A stretch of DNA of 63,924 bases, filler included, from Octopus bimaculoides (Eukaryota), in the NCBI RefSeq assembly GCF_001194135.2. It is 7 parts of 6 records of this genome, joined end to end, with 100 filler letters (N's around TTAATTAATTAA, not from the genome) between each part and the next. Parts side by side here need not be neighbours in the genome. Positions count along the whole stretch, not along the records: positions 1 to 18,283 come from NC_069000.1; 6 more parts are not named here. One strand, 5' to 3'. This document shows, one piece after another, positions 1 to 10,809 of this stretch. The notes under the pieces were generated by a model. It worked only from the letters and a program-made list of their open reading frames with translations, made no database searches and had not been told where the DNA came from. Made by a program: the position numbers and the translations under genes. Within the stretch, counting starts at the first letter, position 1. Every line of letters starts with the position of its first letter.

Positions 1-21
1 AATAAGTACCAGGTTTTAGAA

Positions 22-52
<31 letters not shown>

Positions 53-133
53 ATGCTGGGGTTGATTTGTTTGAGGAAAACCTTCAAGGCAGTGCCCCAG
101 TATGGCCGCATTCTAAGGACTAAAATACGTAAA
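1..133 (+). mobile_element. 3' tail fragment of CORE-type tRNA SINE (family A)
   Basis: AATAAGTACCAGG...CTGGGGTTGATTTGTTTGA...CCTTCAAGGCAGTGCCCCAGTATGGCCGCA matches the 3' ends of the copies at 32480-32717 and 37230-37680. Confidence 0.75.
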
Positions 134-150
134 CATTAAAAGATACAGTA

Positions 151-575
151 CATCATCATCATCATCGTTTAACGTCCGCTTTCCATGCTAGCATGGGTTG
201 GACGATTTGACTGGGGACTGGTGAACCAGAAGGTTGCACCAGGCTCCAATCTGATCTGGCAGTGTTTCTACAGCTGGATGCCCCTCCTAACGCCAACCAC
301 TCCGAGAGTGTAGTGGGTGCTTTTACATGCCACCAGCATGAGGGCCAGTCAGGCCATACTGGCAATGACCACACTTAAATGGAGTTTTTTATGTGCCACC
401 TACACAGGAGTCAGTTCAGCGGCACTGGCAACGACCTCGCCCGAAAGTTTTTTCATGTGCCAGTAAGGTGACACTGGTAACGATCATGTTCGAATGGTGC
501 TTTTTACATGCCACCGGCATGGAAGCCAGTCAGCTGCTCTGGCAGCGATCACACTCAGATGGTGCTCTTAGCGCT
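151..575 (-). mobile_element. RTE-related non-autonomous retroelement with (GAT)n tail and internal ~55-68 bp tandem units
   Basis: The minus strand ends CGTCCAACCCATGCTAGCATGGAAAGCGGACGTTAAACGATGATGATG and contains GGTTGGCGTTAGGAGGGGCATCCAGCTGTAGAAA. Four degenerate TTTTA(C/T)(A/G)TGCCA...CTGGCAA(C/T)GA units lie at ~316-565. Confidence 0.65.
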
Positions 576-857
576 CCATTAGCAAGAAACAAATTGTTAC
601 TCAACACTTGCCTGAGCAGCGATCACACTTTACAGTGAAAAAATAAAAATGAATTCACACAAATCTTGTAAATGCTGAAAGATTTACAGCTTTGATATTT
701 TCATAATTTGTGTGTCTGGCCGTGATGAACATCATGTGTGAATGACCCATTTTTAAGATAATTAATGAATCACAATTAATATTTGTTAATGTTGTACATA
801 AAAAAAACACAGCACAGTGTATAATTGCAAATTTCCGTTCATTTATCAAATTCAGTT

Positions 858-1219
858 TTAACCCTTTAAACTATTTTGTCTGTCAAAAATAATGTTTATG
901 TCCCCACATTGTTTTGGGTTCCAGTTCCAGTATCTAGAGCTCTATCACTCCTGAAGGATCAACTCCTCCCTGGACTCCTTCCACTGCTGCCTATCTCTGA
1001 TCAGTTACGGCCATGTAGGCCTCAGGTAGTGGATGAGAGTATCTCATTATCTTGTTTTTGGTCAGCCTCTTGTTTTCGATTCATCATGCATTATCTCATA
1101 GTTTTGAGGTTTCAACAACATCATTGCTTATTTTTAGAATGACATTGTAGGGTATGTGTGAGAGGCCAAATCTGGCTGGTTTGGGCTGGATATGGCTGAT
1201 TTAAATGCTAAAGCTTTAA
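858..1219. mobile_element. TTAA-flanked MITE (piggyBac-like), with an apparent internal insertion at ~916-1077
   Basis: TTAACCCTTTA at 858 and TGCTAAAGCTTTAA ending at 1219 form degenerate inverted termini bounded by TTAA. Confidence 0.5.
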
Positions 1220-1279
1220 ATTTCAGTTTTTGAAGAAATTATAGCTCTTTCCTGTTATATATACATATCAAGTGTTGGG

Positions 1280-1503
1280 CCTCACGGAGGCAATGACAGA
1301 CCTTTGGCATTATGTCATGCTTGAGAAGAAGACCCATCAAGCCAAGCAAAATTGCAGTTGTGGCAGATGCCGGTGTCATGCAAATGGCACCCATGTTGGT
1401 GGCACATAAAAGCACCCATTACACCCTTGGAGTGGTTGGCGTTAGGATAGGCATCCAGCCATAGAAATCATGCCAAATCAGACTGAAGTCTGGCACAGTC
1501 TTC
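1280..1503 (+). mobile_element. Second, inverted copy of the RTE-related non-autonomous family
   Basis: GGCACATAAAAGCACCCATTACACCCTTGGAGTGGTTGGCGTTAGGATAGGCATCCAGCCATAGAAATCATGCCAAATCAGACTG resembles the reverse complement of ~240-330. Confidence 0.7.
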
Positions 1504-1897
1504 CAAACAGACAGACAGAGATAGGATAGATAGAGAGATAGATAAATAGATAGATAGACAGATAGATAGATAGACAGAGATAGATAGACAAACAAATAGA
1601 TAGACAAACAGATAGACAGATAAACAAATAGATAAATAGACAAACAGATAAACAAATAGATAGATAGATAGATAGATAGATAGGTAGATAGGTAGATAGA
1701 CAGACAGATAGATAGATAGATAGATAAACAGACAGACAGACAAATAGACAGGCAGATAGATAGATAGATAGATAAACAGACAGACAGACAGATAGACAGG
1801 CAGATAGATAGATAGATAGATAGGTAGACAGACGGACAGATAGACAGATAGATAAACAAATAGACAGACAGGTAGACAGATAGATAGACACACACAC
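1504..1897. repeat. Compound (GATA)n/(GACA)n microsatellite
   Basis: Directly visible. It accounts for the three spurious ORFs at 1419-1911. Confidence 0.95.
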
Positions 1898-2371
1898 ACG
1901 TTTGGTTTCATTTATTTAGTTGTGAAGCTAAATATATTTAAAAAAATACTCATAGATCGGACGAGAGTTTTGTGTATTGTCCTTGACAAACTTAATACAA
2001 TGGAAATTCTTTTCTTTAAATAAGAAAAAACAACATAATTTTTTTTTTTCCACAAGTTTCTCTCAAAATACAACAGCGGAGTGTCTCTGCCAAGTCCCCC
2101 CCCACACACACACTGTAATACTGTCTTAGCTGTACAGCCACATAAGTAACTCTTATCGAGTTATATAACTTCACTTGCTTATATCCGCGTGCGAGTATAT
2201 GTGCGTGTCTATGTATATGTTCTTTCTTGTTTGTGTCCCCAAAAACCAACATTCGCGCACACATACACACAGATAGACTAATAGACACGTATGCCAACGC
2301 AAGCACACGCACTGGCATACCAACATGCATGCAGAAATGCTTCCACACACACACACAAATACAAACAGATA

Positions 2372-2577
2372 TACGAGGGGGTGCTGAAAAGTTCTTGATT
2401 TTAAGTGGAAGAAAATACTGTCAATTATGATTTTATGCACCGTATTCTACTTTAAGGTTCACACACTCATTGCAGCGGTCCTTCAGTTTTTCTAAGCCCT
2501 GTAAAAGGACTCGGAAGGTTGGGACTTCAACCAGGCCTTTTACGAAACCCTTAAAAGCAGGCACTTTTTTGCACCCT

Positions 2578-2583
<6 letters not shown>
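2372..2583. mobile_element. Mariner-type MITE (~210 bp)
   Basis: TA-CGAGGGGGTGCTGAAAAGTT at 2372 is inverted to CACTTTTTTGCACCCTCTCG-TG ending at 2583. No coding capacity. Confidence 0.7.
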
Positions 2584-2619
<36 letters not shown>

Positions 2620-2701
2620 CATGTATGTGAGTGTGCATGTATCTACGTATGTATGTGTACGTAAGTAGGTGTGTGTGTGTGTACAATACAGAAAGGCTAC
2701 C

Positions 2702-2831
2702 ACCGAGGTCGACTTTGCCTTTCATCCTTTCGGGATAGATAAATTAAGTACCAGTTGCGCACTGGGGCCGGTCTAATCGACTGGCCCTCCTCCCCAAAAA
2801 TTTCGGGCCGTGTGCCTAGAGTGGAAAAGAA
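2702..2831 (+). mobile_element. tRNA SINE family B (Meta-domain-like core), 3' half
   Basis: CCGAGGTCGACTTTGCCTTTCATCCTTTCGGG..GATAAATTAAGTACCAG...CGGGCCGTGTGCCTAGAGTGGAAAAGAAT, repeated at 4128, 6588, 17050 and 41878. Confidence 0.8.
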
Positions 2832-3062
2832 TACAGAAAGGCCACAACCGGAACGCTATAGTTCACGAAAGCGTCTAACCGACCAAAGCCTGGGCAAAAC
2901 TCAATCAAACAACATCACAGCTGATACACGAGCAAACCAGTTATCTAAATGATACAGCTATAGAAACAAATAAACATGTTCAGTTAACTGGACTGACCAG
3001 TAGTTTACTAATTGGTTAATTAACGTTAGTAGTTAAATGTAATCAAGTATTTCTTTACTTAC

Positions 3063-3119
3063 CCATATGGGTGTTCCTCCGCAGAAGTATTCGAAATCGG
3101 TTTCGTTATGTTTCCCCAT
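3063..3119 (-). CDS. First coding exon of an ABCC/MRP1-like ABC transporter (MGKHNETDFEYFCGGTPIW)
   Basis: Minus strand: TTTTAGTTAATTTAG acceptor (AG at 3132-3131), 11 nt of UTR, ATG at 3119, 19 open codons, then TGG|GTAAGTA, a perfect phase-0 donor at 3062. The FCG-x-x-P-x-W end resembles long-MRP N-termini (human MRP1 MALRGFCSADGSDPLW, whose first exon, as I recall, also ends at this Trp). Exon 2 is not visible in 1-3062. Confidence 0.72.
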
Positions 3120-3186
3120 TGTGGAAATTGCTAAATTAACTAAAATGCATTAAACGTCTCAAAAGTTTCCATGTAGTTAAAGACAC

Positions 3187-3235
<49 letters not shown>

Positions 3236-3409
3236 CACGTATAAATGTGTATATTTATATATGTATATGTAGTTATATCTATCTGCGTGTAGAAAGCGTG
3301 ACAATGTGAAATGAATGGATAATAATATATTTAAATATGTTTATATGTATGTGGGTGTGTGTATGTGAAGTGTGTAAATTTTTTACGTATGTTAAATGTG
3401 TGTAATATA

Positions 3410-3447
<38 letters not shown>

Positions 3448-4127
3448 GTGTTTTGCCTGCAGTTCGTCTTCTCACTCTGCAGAATAATTAAACCGAACAC
3501 AAACTGACTAATTAAATAAACTTTATCCACACTAACTTTGCCAACGTTTAAATACTACTATATCTATTTATACTACTACTACTACCACTACTTCTAATAA
3601 TAATAATAATAATAGATGACGGTGATAATTAAATTAGACAGGTAGATTAAAGAAAGTCTAAACGAAATAAAACCGGAAAGACAATTGACTAGACTCGTAA
3701 AGTTTAACTTGTTCAGGCCTATAAAATCACGATGGGATTTTTGTCCTTCTCTTAATCTTCTCTTCTCTCTCTCTCTGACCGGTTTTTNNNNNNNNNNNNN
3801 NNNNNNNNNNNNNNNNNNNNNNNNNNNNNNNNNNNNNNNNNNNNNNNNNNNNNNNNNNNNNNNNNNNNNNNNNNNNNNNNNNNNNNNNNNNNNNNNNNNN
3901 NNNNNNNNNNNNNNNNNNNNNNNNNNNNNNNNNNNNNNNNNNNNNNNNNNNNNNNNNNNNNNNNNNNNNNNNNNNNNNNNNNNNNNNNNNNNNNNNNNNN
4001 NNNNNNNNNNNNNNNNNNNNNNNNNNNNNNNNNNNNNNNNNNNNNNNNNNNNNNNNNNNNNNNNNNNNNNNNNNNNNNNNNNNNNNNNNNNNNNNNNNNN
4101 NNNNNNNNNNNNNNNAAAAAGAAACGT

Positions 4128-4323
4128 AAGCATGCCGGACGAAATGCTTAGCGGTATTTCGTCTGTCTTTACGTTCTGAGTTCAAATTCCGCCGAGGTCG
4201 ACTTTGCCTTTCATCCTTTCGGAGACGATAAATTAAGTATCAGTTGCGCACTGGGGTCGATCTAATCGACTGCGCCCCCACTCCCCAAAAATTTCGGGCC
4301 TTGTGCCTAGAGTGGAAAAGAAT
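4128..4323 (+). mobile_element. tRNA SINE family B (Meta-domain-like)
   Basis: B-box-like GAGTTCAAATTCC followed by the family core and the GAGTGGAAAAGAAT end. The 5' end is lost in the gap. Confidence 0.85.
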
Positions 4324-4404
4324 ATCTGAAATAAACTCGACTGCTCTCACAAACGAGAATACTACAAATGAACCCGACCGCTCTCAAAAATTAAGTAAAA
4401 AACG

Positions 4405-4600
4405 GGGAAAATAATCCAGAAGCGTTGTCTGATACCGAATCGATCCCAAAGCTAGTCAGTTCATGCCAGTCACATCCGAATCCATCCAGCGATTCTTCAG
4501 ATATCTTGTCCACGGACAAACAAACACGACTGAAAAGAATACCACCGCCTTACGCCCGCGATTTATATCAAAAACTATGTCATAGCGGAGGAGGTTACTC
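4405..4600 (+). mobile_element. Helentron/DINE-1-like non-autonomous fragment
   Basis: ATCCATCCAGCG.TTCTT.AGATATCTTGTCCACGGACAAACAAACACGACTGAAAAGAATACCACCGCC...GCGGAGGAGGTTA: (ACAA)n core plus a subterminal CCGCC/GCGG hairpin typical of such elements. Confidence 0.4.
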
Positions 4601-5276
4601 ACGATATGTAATTATGAACGCATAAGAACAACATTATTTTTATAGTTTTCTTAGAGATTTCGAAACATTCGATATAAAGTATTGCTTCACATTCTGACCC
4701 AAATTCAAGAAGTAAACCGATTACGTTGACCTCAGATCCGTGTTGTGCGTTATAGCAAAATCGGACTGTTCTAAACGGGTTAATAGGGGTGACAAATGCG
4801 AAATTTAGTGTATAAAGTGAATGGAGAGCTGCTCACCGATGGTGCCAGAAGTGTTGCCAATTCGCGTAATTTACTAGAAAATGTAAATGAGTGTAGTTTC
4901 CTCATTTTTTTGATTGATTTTGTACATTCCTAATTTAAAATGTTGGTGTTGATCTGAAAACATAGCGTTGTGTCGTATTGAGCCCTCCTTGCATATATCA
5001 ATGGATGCATGCAGTATCACTAATCTCTGTCTGAGCATAAGTTCCTAATGTTAGCGCCATATAGAGATGGTGCTCAATTGATCTATGAGGATGGTGGGGA
5101 AGATGTGGTGCTTATGTGAGACCTGCTACGCGGTACTCATAGTAACATACACCATTCTATGCCTGACAGGCTGTACTGTAGTAGTACACAATATGTGGAT
5201 TTTCAAGGTGAGCTCTGATTGGCTGTATGCAAATGAATTCATTACTGGGGTCCGGAACTCTCGTGGGAAAAAATGT

Positions 5277-5422
5277 CACGCCCGGTTCAAGGTACTGGCA
5301 ACTCGGGCAGTCGCCATGTGCTAGGGGGCGCCAAGGAGGGCGTGACAAAGACGAAAATTATACTTGTAAGGACGCCGAAGTTCAGCTTGCTCGGGGCACC
5401 AGCAACCCTAGGGCCGGCCCTG
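5277..5422. mobile_element. Degenerate hAT-like MITE
   Basis: Right end CCTAGGGCCGGCCCTG. Left end CACGCCCGGTTCAAGG matches the inverted terminus at 11/16. No TSD visible. Confidence 0.35.
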
Positions 5423-5483
5423 GTGACATGTGAGCAAAGAAGAGGTGCTTAGGAGAGTTGGAGAGAAGCTATATTACATATGA

Positions 5484-5914
5484 GGCGCAATGGCCCGGTG
5501 GTTAGGGCAGCGGACTTGCGGTCATAGNNNNNNNNNNNNNNNNNNNNNNNNNNNNNNNNNNNNNNNNNNNNNNNNNNNNNNNNNNNNNNNNNNNNNNNNN
5601 NNNNNNNNNNNNNNNNNNNNNNNNNNNNNNNNNNNNNNNNNNNNNNNNNNNNNNNNNNNNNNNNNNNNNNNNGAACCCTGCTGTACTCTTTCACCACAAC
5701 TTTCTCTTACTCTTTCTTCCTGTTTCTGTTGTGCCTGTAATTCAAAGGGCCAGCCTTGTCACACTGTGTCACGCTGAATATCCCCGAGAACTATGTTAAA
5801 GGTACACGTGTCTGTGGAGTGCTCAACCACTTGCACGTTAATTTCACGAGCAGGCTGTTCCGTTGATCGGATCAACTGGAACCCTCTACGTCGTAAGCGA
5901 TGGAGTGCCAACAA
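5484..5914 (+). mobile_element. tRNA SINE family C (resembles octopus OR1-type SINE; name unverified)
   Basis: A-box head GGCGCAATGGCCCGGTGGTTAGGGCAGCGG, a gap, then the body and the CAGGCTGTTCCGTTGATCGGATCAACTGGAACCC...GGAGTGCCAACAA tail. Same family at 12520, 16346 and 38643. Confidence 0.85.
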
Positions 5915-6320
5915 TATTACATATATAATACAAATATAATTTTTAAAAACCACACTGCTGACTGTGATAATCAATAAAATAGAAATGAAATTTTGAAATA
6001 TATTTTTCTCTGTGCGGCCCGATACCGGTCCATACCTAGCGTTTCAGGCCTCGTATGCTAAGAGATTAACAACTTACTTATCTGTTTTGGAGCTTAAACC
6101 CTAGGATGTCCATCCACATATTGTATATATTACTCAGGGATTGGTCTCCTCTATCTCTACTTTTTTGTTTTTGCTTTGTTTTTTGTTTAGTAAAAACAAT
6201 CTGGAATTTTCCATTGTTCTCGTATAAAAGTCGGTTTTTGTCCTTACATAACAAATCTGTTCTGTGTGATGAATATGAACAAAAAAAATTGTGTTAATAC
6301 TTAAGAGCTACGCGACCTCA

Positions 6321-6535
6321 TACAAGGTGCGGCAATAAAACCTCCTGTATTTTACACGGCAAATCTTGTTGTGCTCGTGAAGTTTGGCAGGGAATAATGG
6401 TGTCTTCGTGTAGCTGATGTTTTGTTGTATCTGGTATAATTACCATCAAACTTTGGATCGCTGTATGCCGTGCGTTTCCTAATGAAATATTTATTAACCT
6501 GTAAAATGCGGGACGATTATTTGCCGCATTTTGCA
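6321..6535. mobile_element. Tc1/mariner-type MITE with ~36-bp TIRs
   Basis: TACAAGGTGCGGCAATAAAACCTCCTGTATTTTACA (6321) is inverted to TGTAAAATGCGGGACGATTATTTGCCGCATTTTGCA (ending 6535). Confidence 0.65.
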
Positions 6536-6587
6536 CTTTTTGTTACTTAGCAGAACGTGTATTTCTTGCGTATAATCATATTATTTC

Positions 6588-6810
6588 TGGTGGCGATCTG
6601 GCAGAATCGTTAGCGCGTCGAACAAAATGCTAAGCGGCATTTCTTCCGACTTTAACACTGCGTTCAGATTACGCCGAAGTCGACTTTGCCTTTTATCCAT
6701 TTGAGATCGATAAAATAAGTACCAACTGAGCGCTGGGATCGGTGTAATCGAATCGCTCCCTCCCTCAAAATTTCAGGCCTTGTGCTTATAGAAAAAGGGA
6801 TTATTATGAT
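6588..6810 (+). mobile_element. tRNA SINE family B, diverged full-length copy
   Basis: GGTGGCGATCTGGCAGAATCGTTAGC head, core GTCGACTTTGCCTTTTATCC..GATCGATAAAATAAGTACCA, tail TTTCAGGCCTTGTGC. Confidence 0.8.
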
Positions 6811-7724
6811 TGTTAAGCTTACAAAATCGCTAGCACGCCGAACTAGCTGTTTAACAGCATTTCATACAACTCTTTACGTTGGTCTCGCTCAGTCGCTGTA
6901 TTGGAACCGTGTTGTATTGGTGCTACGCACATCTAAAGGCTATCGCTCGTTTTTATTGATAAAATACGATTGTTTTGGCCATCATTTCTGTGCTTACCAA
7001 AATACTAAAGATAAGCATTGTCCTAAAGTGATCACGTCATATGCACTTCCGCTTCACTCAGAGGTCATTTCTGGGCAACTTCAAAACGTCGATAATGAAC
7101 AATGGCGTTAAGTAGTTTAGATAGGATAAAAGGAAGAAGTCGGATGCTGTTTGAAATGAAACTGCTTTGACAATAAGATAAAAGTAATTGTTGGATCTTG
7201 TTAGATTTCTTCCAAGCATTTTAAGTACAAATACAATGTGTTTATTTCATAAGCACGTCGTATGTATTACTAACCAACTCGACGACCTCACCGTTGTGTT
7301 CATGGTTGCATATAATAAACATATTTAGTGTTGCTGTCAACAACATATTACGAAGAAGCATCGATGCTTTAATTATGAAAGAAAAAAACCAATACCCGAG
7401 CCCTGCACGTACGCTGTATAATGTGTCGTCCTTTCTGTATTTTAAACATTAGGATCACTAGCGTAGCTAGAGTATGGACCCCAGTAATGAACTCATTTAC
7501 ATACAGCCAATCAGAGCTCACCTTGAGCCTGTCATAACATTCGCGAGTGTATTAAAAACAACCGATCTCTTGGTAAAACACGCTCTACCAAGTAAAGCCA
7601 AGACGAAGAACTAGTTTTAAATCTCGGGGAAAGATACTTTCCTGGGGCTAGAATGTAGTGACATCGCCCTGCGTAGGAGTGTCACGTTGCATTGGCAAAC
7701 AATCCTAAGATCGAGCGGGGCAAT

Positions 7725-8024
7725 AACTCTCCTAGTCTGTTTAATAGAATACGAGCCAAGATCTTTACAGCTATTGATAGAAGAGGCACTCCTCGGTAGT
7801 TTTCACAGTCCACTCTTTTACTCTTTTACTCTTTTACTTGTTTCAGTCATTTCACTGCGGCCATGCTGGAGCACCGCCTTTAGTCGAGCAAATCGACCCC
7901 AGGGCTTATTCTTTGTAACCCTAGTACTTATTCTATCGGTCTCTTTTTGCCGAACCGCTAAGTTACGGGGACGTAAACACACCAGCATCGGTTGTCAAAC
8001 ACAGACACACAAACACACACACAG

Positions 8025-8055
<31 letters not shown>

Positions 8056-8590
8056 CATATATACGATGGGCTTCTTTCAGTTTCCATCTACCAAATCCAC
8101 TCACAAGGCTTTGGTCGGCCCGAGGCTATAGTAGAAGACACTTTGCCTAAGGTGCCACGCAGTGGAACTGAACCCGGAACCATGTGGTTGGTAAGCAAGC
8201 TACTTACCACACAGCCACTCCTGCGCCTACAACTTTTTTGAAGATAGGAATGATTCTTGCATCTTTCGAATCTTGCGGGACCCTTTCCATCTCCCAGACT
8301 CGGAGCGCAGAGCTATACAAGCTTCCAATAAGCTTCACACCTCCATGCTTCCAGATTTCGAGCAGGTACGCCACATCTGCCAGGTGCTGAACCTTCTTGC
8401 ATTTGTTTGATTGCATCAACGAAATTCTTGTAACTAGATTTGTTGTCTGAGGATTGGATGGTCGGCTGCTGTGTAACCGTCTCGATGGCGGCACATTGCA
8501 CAGCCCCTGGTATATATAATGCACAGAATGACCTCGCTTATACCCGAACAATGAATCACAGAACGAGGTGCGCTGTAGATTCTCCACCCG
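7725..8590 (-). pseudogene. RTE-clade LINE reverse transcriptase fragment, split by a SINE
   Basis: The minus strand translates ...AIKQMQEGSAPG / EIWKHGG...WEMERVPQDSKDARIIPIFKK above the SINE (8229-8590) and DCENYRGVPLLSIAVKILARILLNRL below it (7725-7812). These are consecutive RT N-terminal motifs. Confidence 0.85.
7813..8228 (-). mobile_element. Full-length CORE-type tRNA SINE (family A)
   Basis: Minus strand: AGGCGCAGGAGTGGCTGTGTGGTAAG (A box), GGGTTCAGTTCC (B box), CORE-like CACCTTAGGCAAAGTGTCTTC, internal (TA)n(TG)n, 3' body and a (TAAAAGAG)n tail. Confidence 0.9.
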
Positions 8591-9187
8591 TCTTTCCTTT
8601 ATCTTCTTTTGCTTGTATTTAATGTCGCGTGTCGATGCATCTTGTTCTTATAGTTATTGTTGCTGTTATTGGGTTATAGTTGCTATCGTTGTTGTTACTG
8701 TTGTTGTTGTTCATATGAGTAACCACGATACTATCGACTGGTTTTCTAGGACAGGCCATACACGCCATAGATAGGATATATACCCGATACTCTATCTGGC
8801 ACCCGCTTTTCTGTGTCGTCCAAACACTCAAACAATTGTCATCGACTCTTTTGGTTCTTTTTTTTTTATATTTCACTTTTTTGTTATGCTTATTTATTTA
8901 CTTATTCATTCATTTGTTTGTTTGACATGGTGTCGATGTCTGCCTTCCATCAAGACTGCTTCTTGTTGTCGCTGCTGCTGCTGCAGCAGCTGTTGCTACT
9001 ATCACTATTGTTGTTGTTGTCGTTGTTGTTATTACTGATGCTACAGCTGTTGCAGTTAATAAGCCTCGGGGGTACAGGTTCGAAACAGAATGTCTTTCCA
9101 TACCAACTTCCAAACGTACCACCACACGCCGCTACCCACCTCTCTTCCCCCTCTTTCCCTGCTTCTTTCTCCACCCCCCTCTTTCCT

Positions 9188-10328
9188 ATATATCAGGCTG
9201 AGTAAAAAGTAAGCAACGCTTTGAAATATGAAATTCATCACAATATATTTCGATAATGCGGAAATTTTATTAATCAAAGTAAGTACCATTACAATCAACA
9301 CATTTTTGCCAACCAGTTACAAGTTTGTTTATTCCGGTAATATATTAACCTGGAGTTCTGGAACTGATGAACTCTTTGAATGCACTTTCAGCATCGGTTT
9401 GAATTTTTAACTCCTTCTGTCGCAGGAAATCATCAAGGTGCTTGAAAAAGTGGTAGTCGGTAGGAGAAAGGTCTGGGGAATAAGCTGGGTGAGGAAGAAC
9501 TTCATAGCCAAGTTACCTCGGCTTCTGGGGCGTCATTAGGGAAACGTGTGGTCGAGTATTGTCATGAAGGATGATTGGCACTCTTCTGTTGACCAGTTTG
9601 GGACGGAGGAGCAGCAGTTTTTCGTTCATTTTAGCAATTTCAGTACACCATCAAACAGCCACCATAACCTTCGTTTTGAAAAGCTCGGGTTTAGGGAAAG
9701 TTTTCGGTGCTTCGTTTTGTTCCAACCACTGCGAAGAACGTTTTTTATTATTGTACAGAATCCACTTTTCATTGCAAGTTAGAATACGGCCGAGAAATGG
9801 ATCGGTCTGGTTACGGAGAAACGACGAGCAAATTTCAAATCTGCGCATTTTCTGATTTTCATTCAAATCGTATGGTTCAAATTTGTCGAGCTGTTTTGAT
9901 TTTCAGATCGCATACAAATGGTTGCAGGCAGTATTCTGACTAACTTGAAGTTCTTTTGCCAATTCTCAAGTGGTTTTGCGTGGATCTTTCTCAGTAACGG
10001 TCTTTAATTGACCGTCATCGATGACAGATGGGCGTCCACTATGCTCACGGTCTTCAAGGGTCAGGTCTCCACTGCGAAACCGTTTAAGCCATTTTCGATC
10101 TGACCAGTTTCACCTGCTTTCATCATTTTTTGAAGTTGAATAGCAAACATGCTTAAATATTGCGCTTTGACAGTTCCATTTCAGATGATTGTAAAAATAC
10201 GGTGAAAAAATATCAATGTTAATTTATTGATGCACTTGGGCAAGTCTATGTCTGTGTTATCAGAAATTTCCCCAAAAAAAAAGATGTTTAAAAGAATTCA
10301 AAACTCTGCAAAAATCCAGTACACATTA
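9188..10328 (-). mobile_element. Mariner (DD34D) transposon relic
   Basis: A TIR-like TATCAGGCTGAGTAAAAAGTAAGCAAC near 9190. The other end is not identifiable before the gap at 10329. Contains the transposase pseudogene listed next. Confidence 0.85.
9270..10179 (-). pseudogene. Mariner transposase pseudogene
   Basis: KRFRSGDLTLEDREHSGRP, ILTCNEKWILYNN, ILHDNTRPH and HPAYSPDLSPTDYHFFKHL motifs, with several stops and deletions. Confidence 0.92.
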
Positions 10329-10809
10329 NNNNNNNNNNACACACACACACACACACACAAGGTATATAATTCCCTCTCACTGGTGATCTAAACGACTAGG
10401 TACGCTAGGTAAGTGCTGTATCGGATTACCAGCACTCCAAGGTTATAGTCGAGATGATAGTTATGGAGCCATTGCAGATTTCCGATGCAGCGGATACATA
10501 ATTGTTAAAGAGGACAACAAACGTTAAGGCTAGGCAAACATCTCAAGTCATATACAATATTATTATTGGAAAAATTTCAGTCGTACAGCTGACCATATTT
10601 TAGCAACGACAGTTTAATGTCCTTTTCATTTGTATCAACTCCTTGGACCAGATATAAGAAATCATCTACTTTTCCGATCTCTTATCCATTCATTGTTAAT
10701 AGGTGGGATATGTGATGTCGGTGTAAAAAAATCGTATGAGGTTTTTGTTTAAAAAGGATTTGGTTTTTCATGATGTGTAAGTGAATATTTTTTCTTTATT
10801 TAGGTGTCA

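Noticed and set aside
316-565. Repeat-spacer-like periodicity suggesting CRISPR
   Set aside because: The units are degenerate tandem copies without unique spacers, the context is eukaryotic, and there are no cas genes.
1419-1911. Long ORFs of 139-158 aa (and similar ones at 14080, 14866-15477, 33069, 37885-38516, 44341-46487, 48585-49375)
   Set aside because: They are translations of microsatellites or N runs.
5484-5527. tRNA-like sequences (also 8160-8228, 16610-16672, 38643-38715, 59126-59205)
   Set aside because: They have A/B boxes but no complete cloverleaf and continue into repeat bodies, so they are SINE heads rather than tRNA genes.
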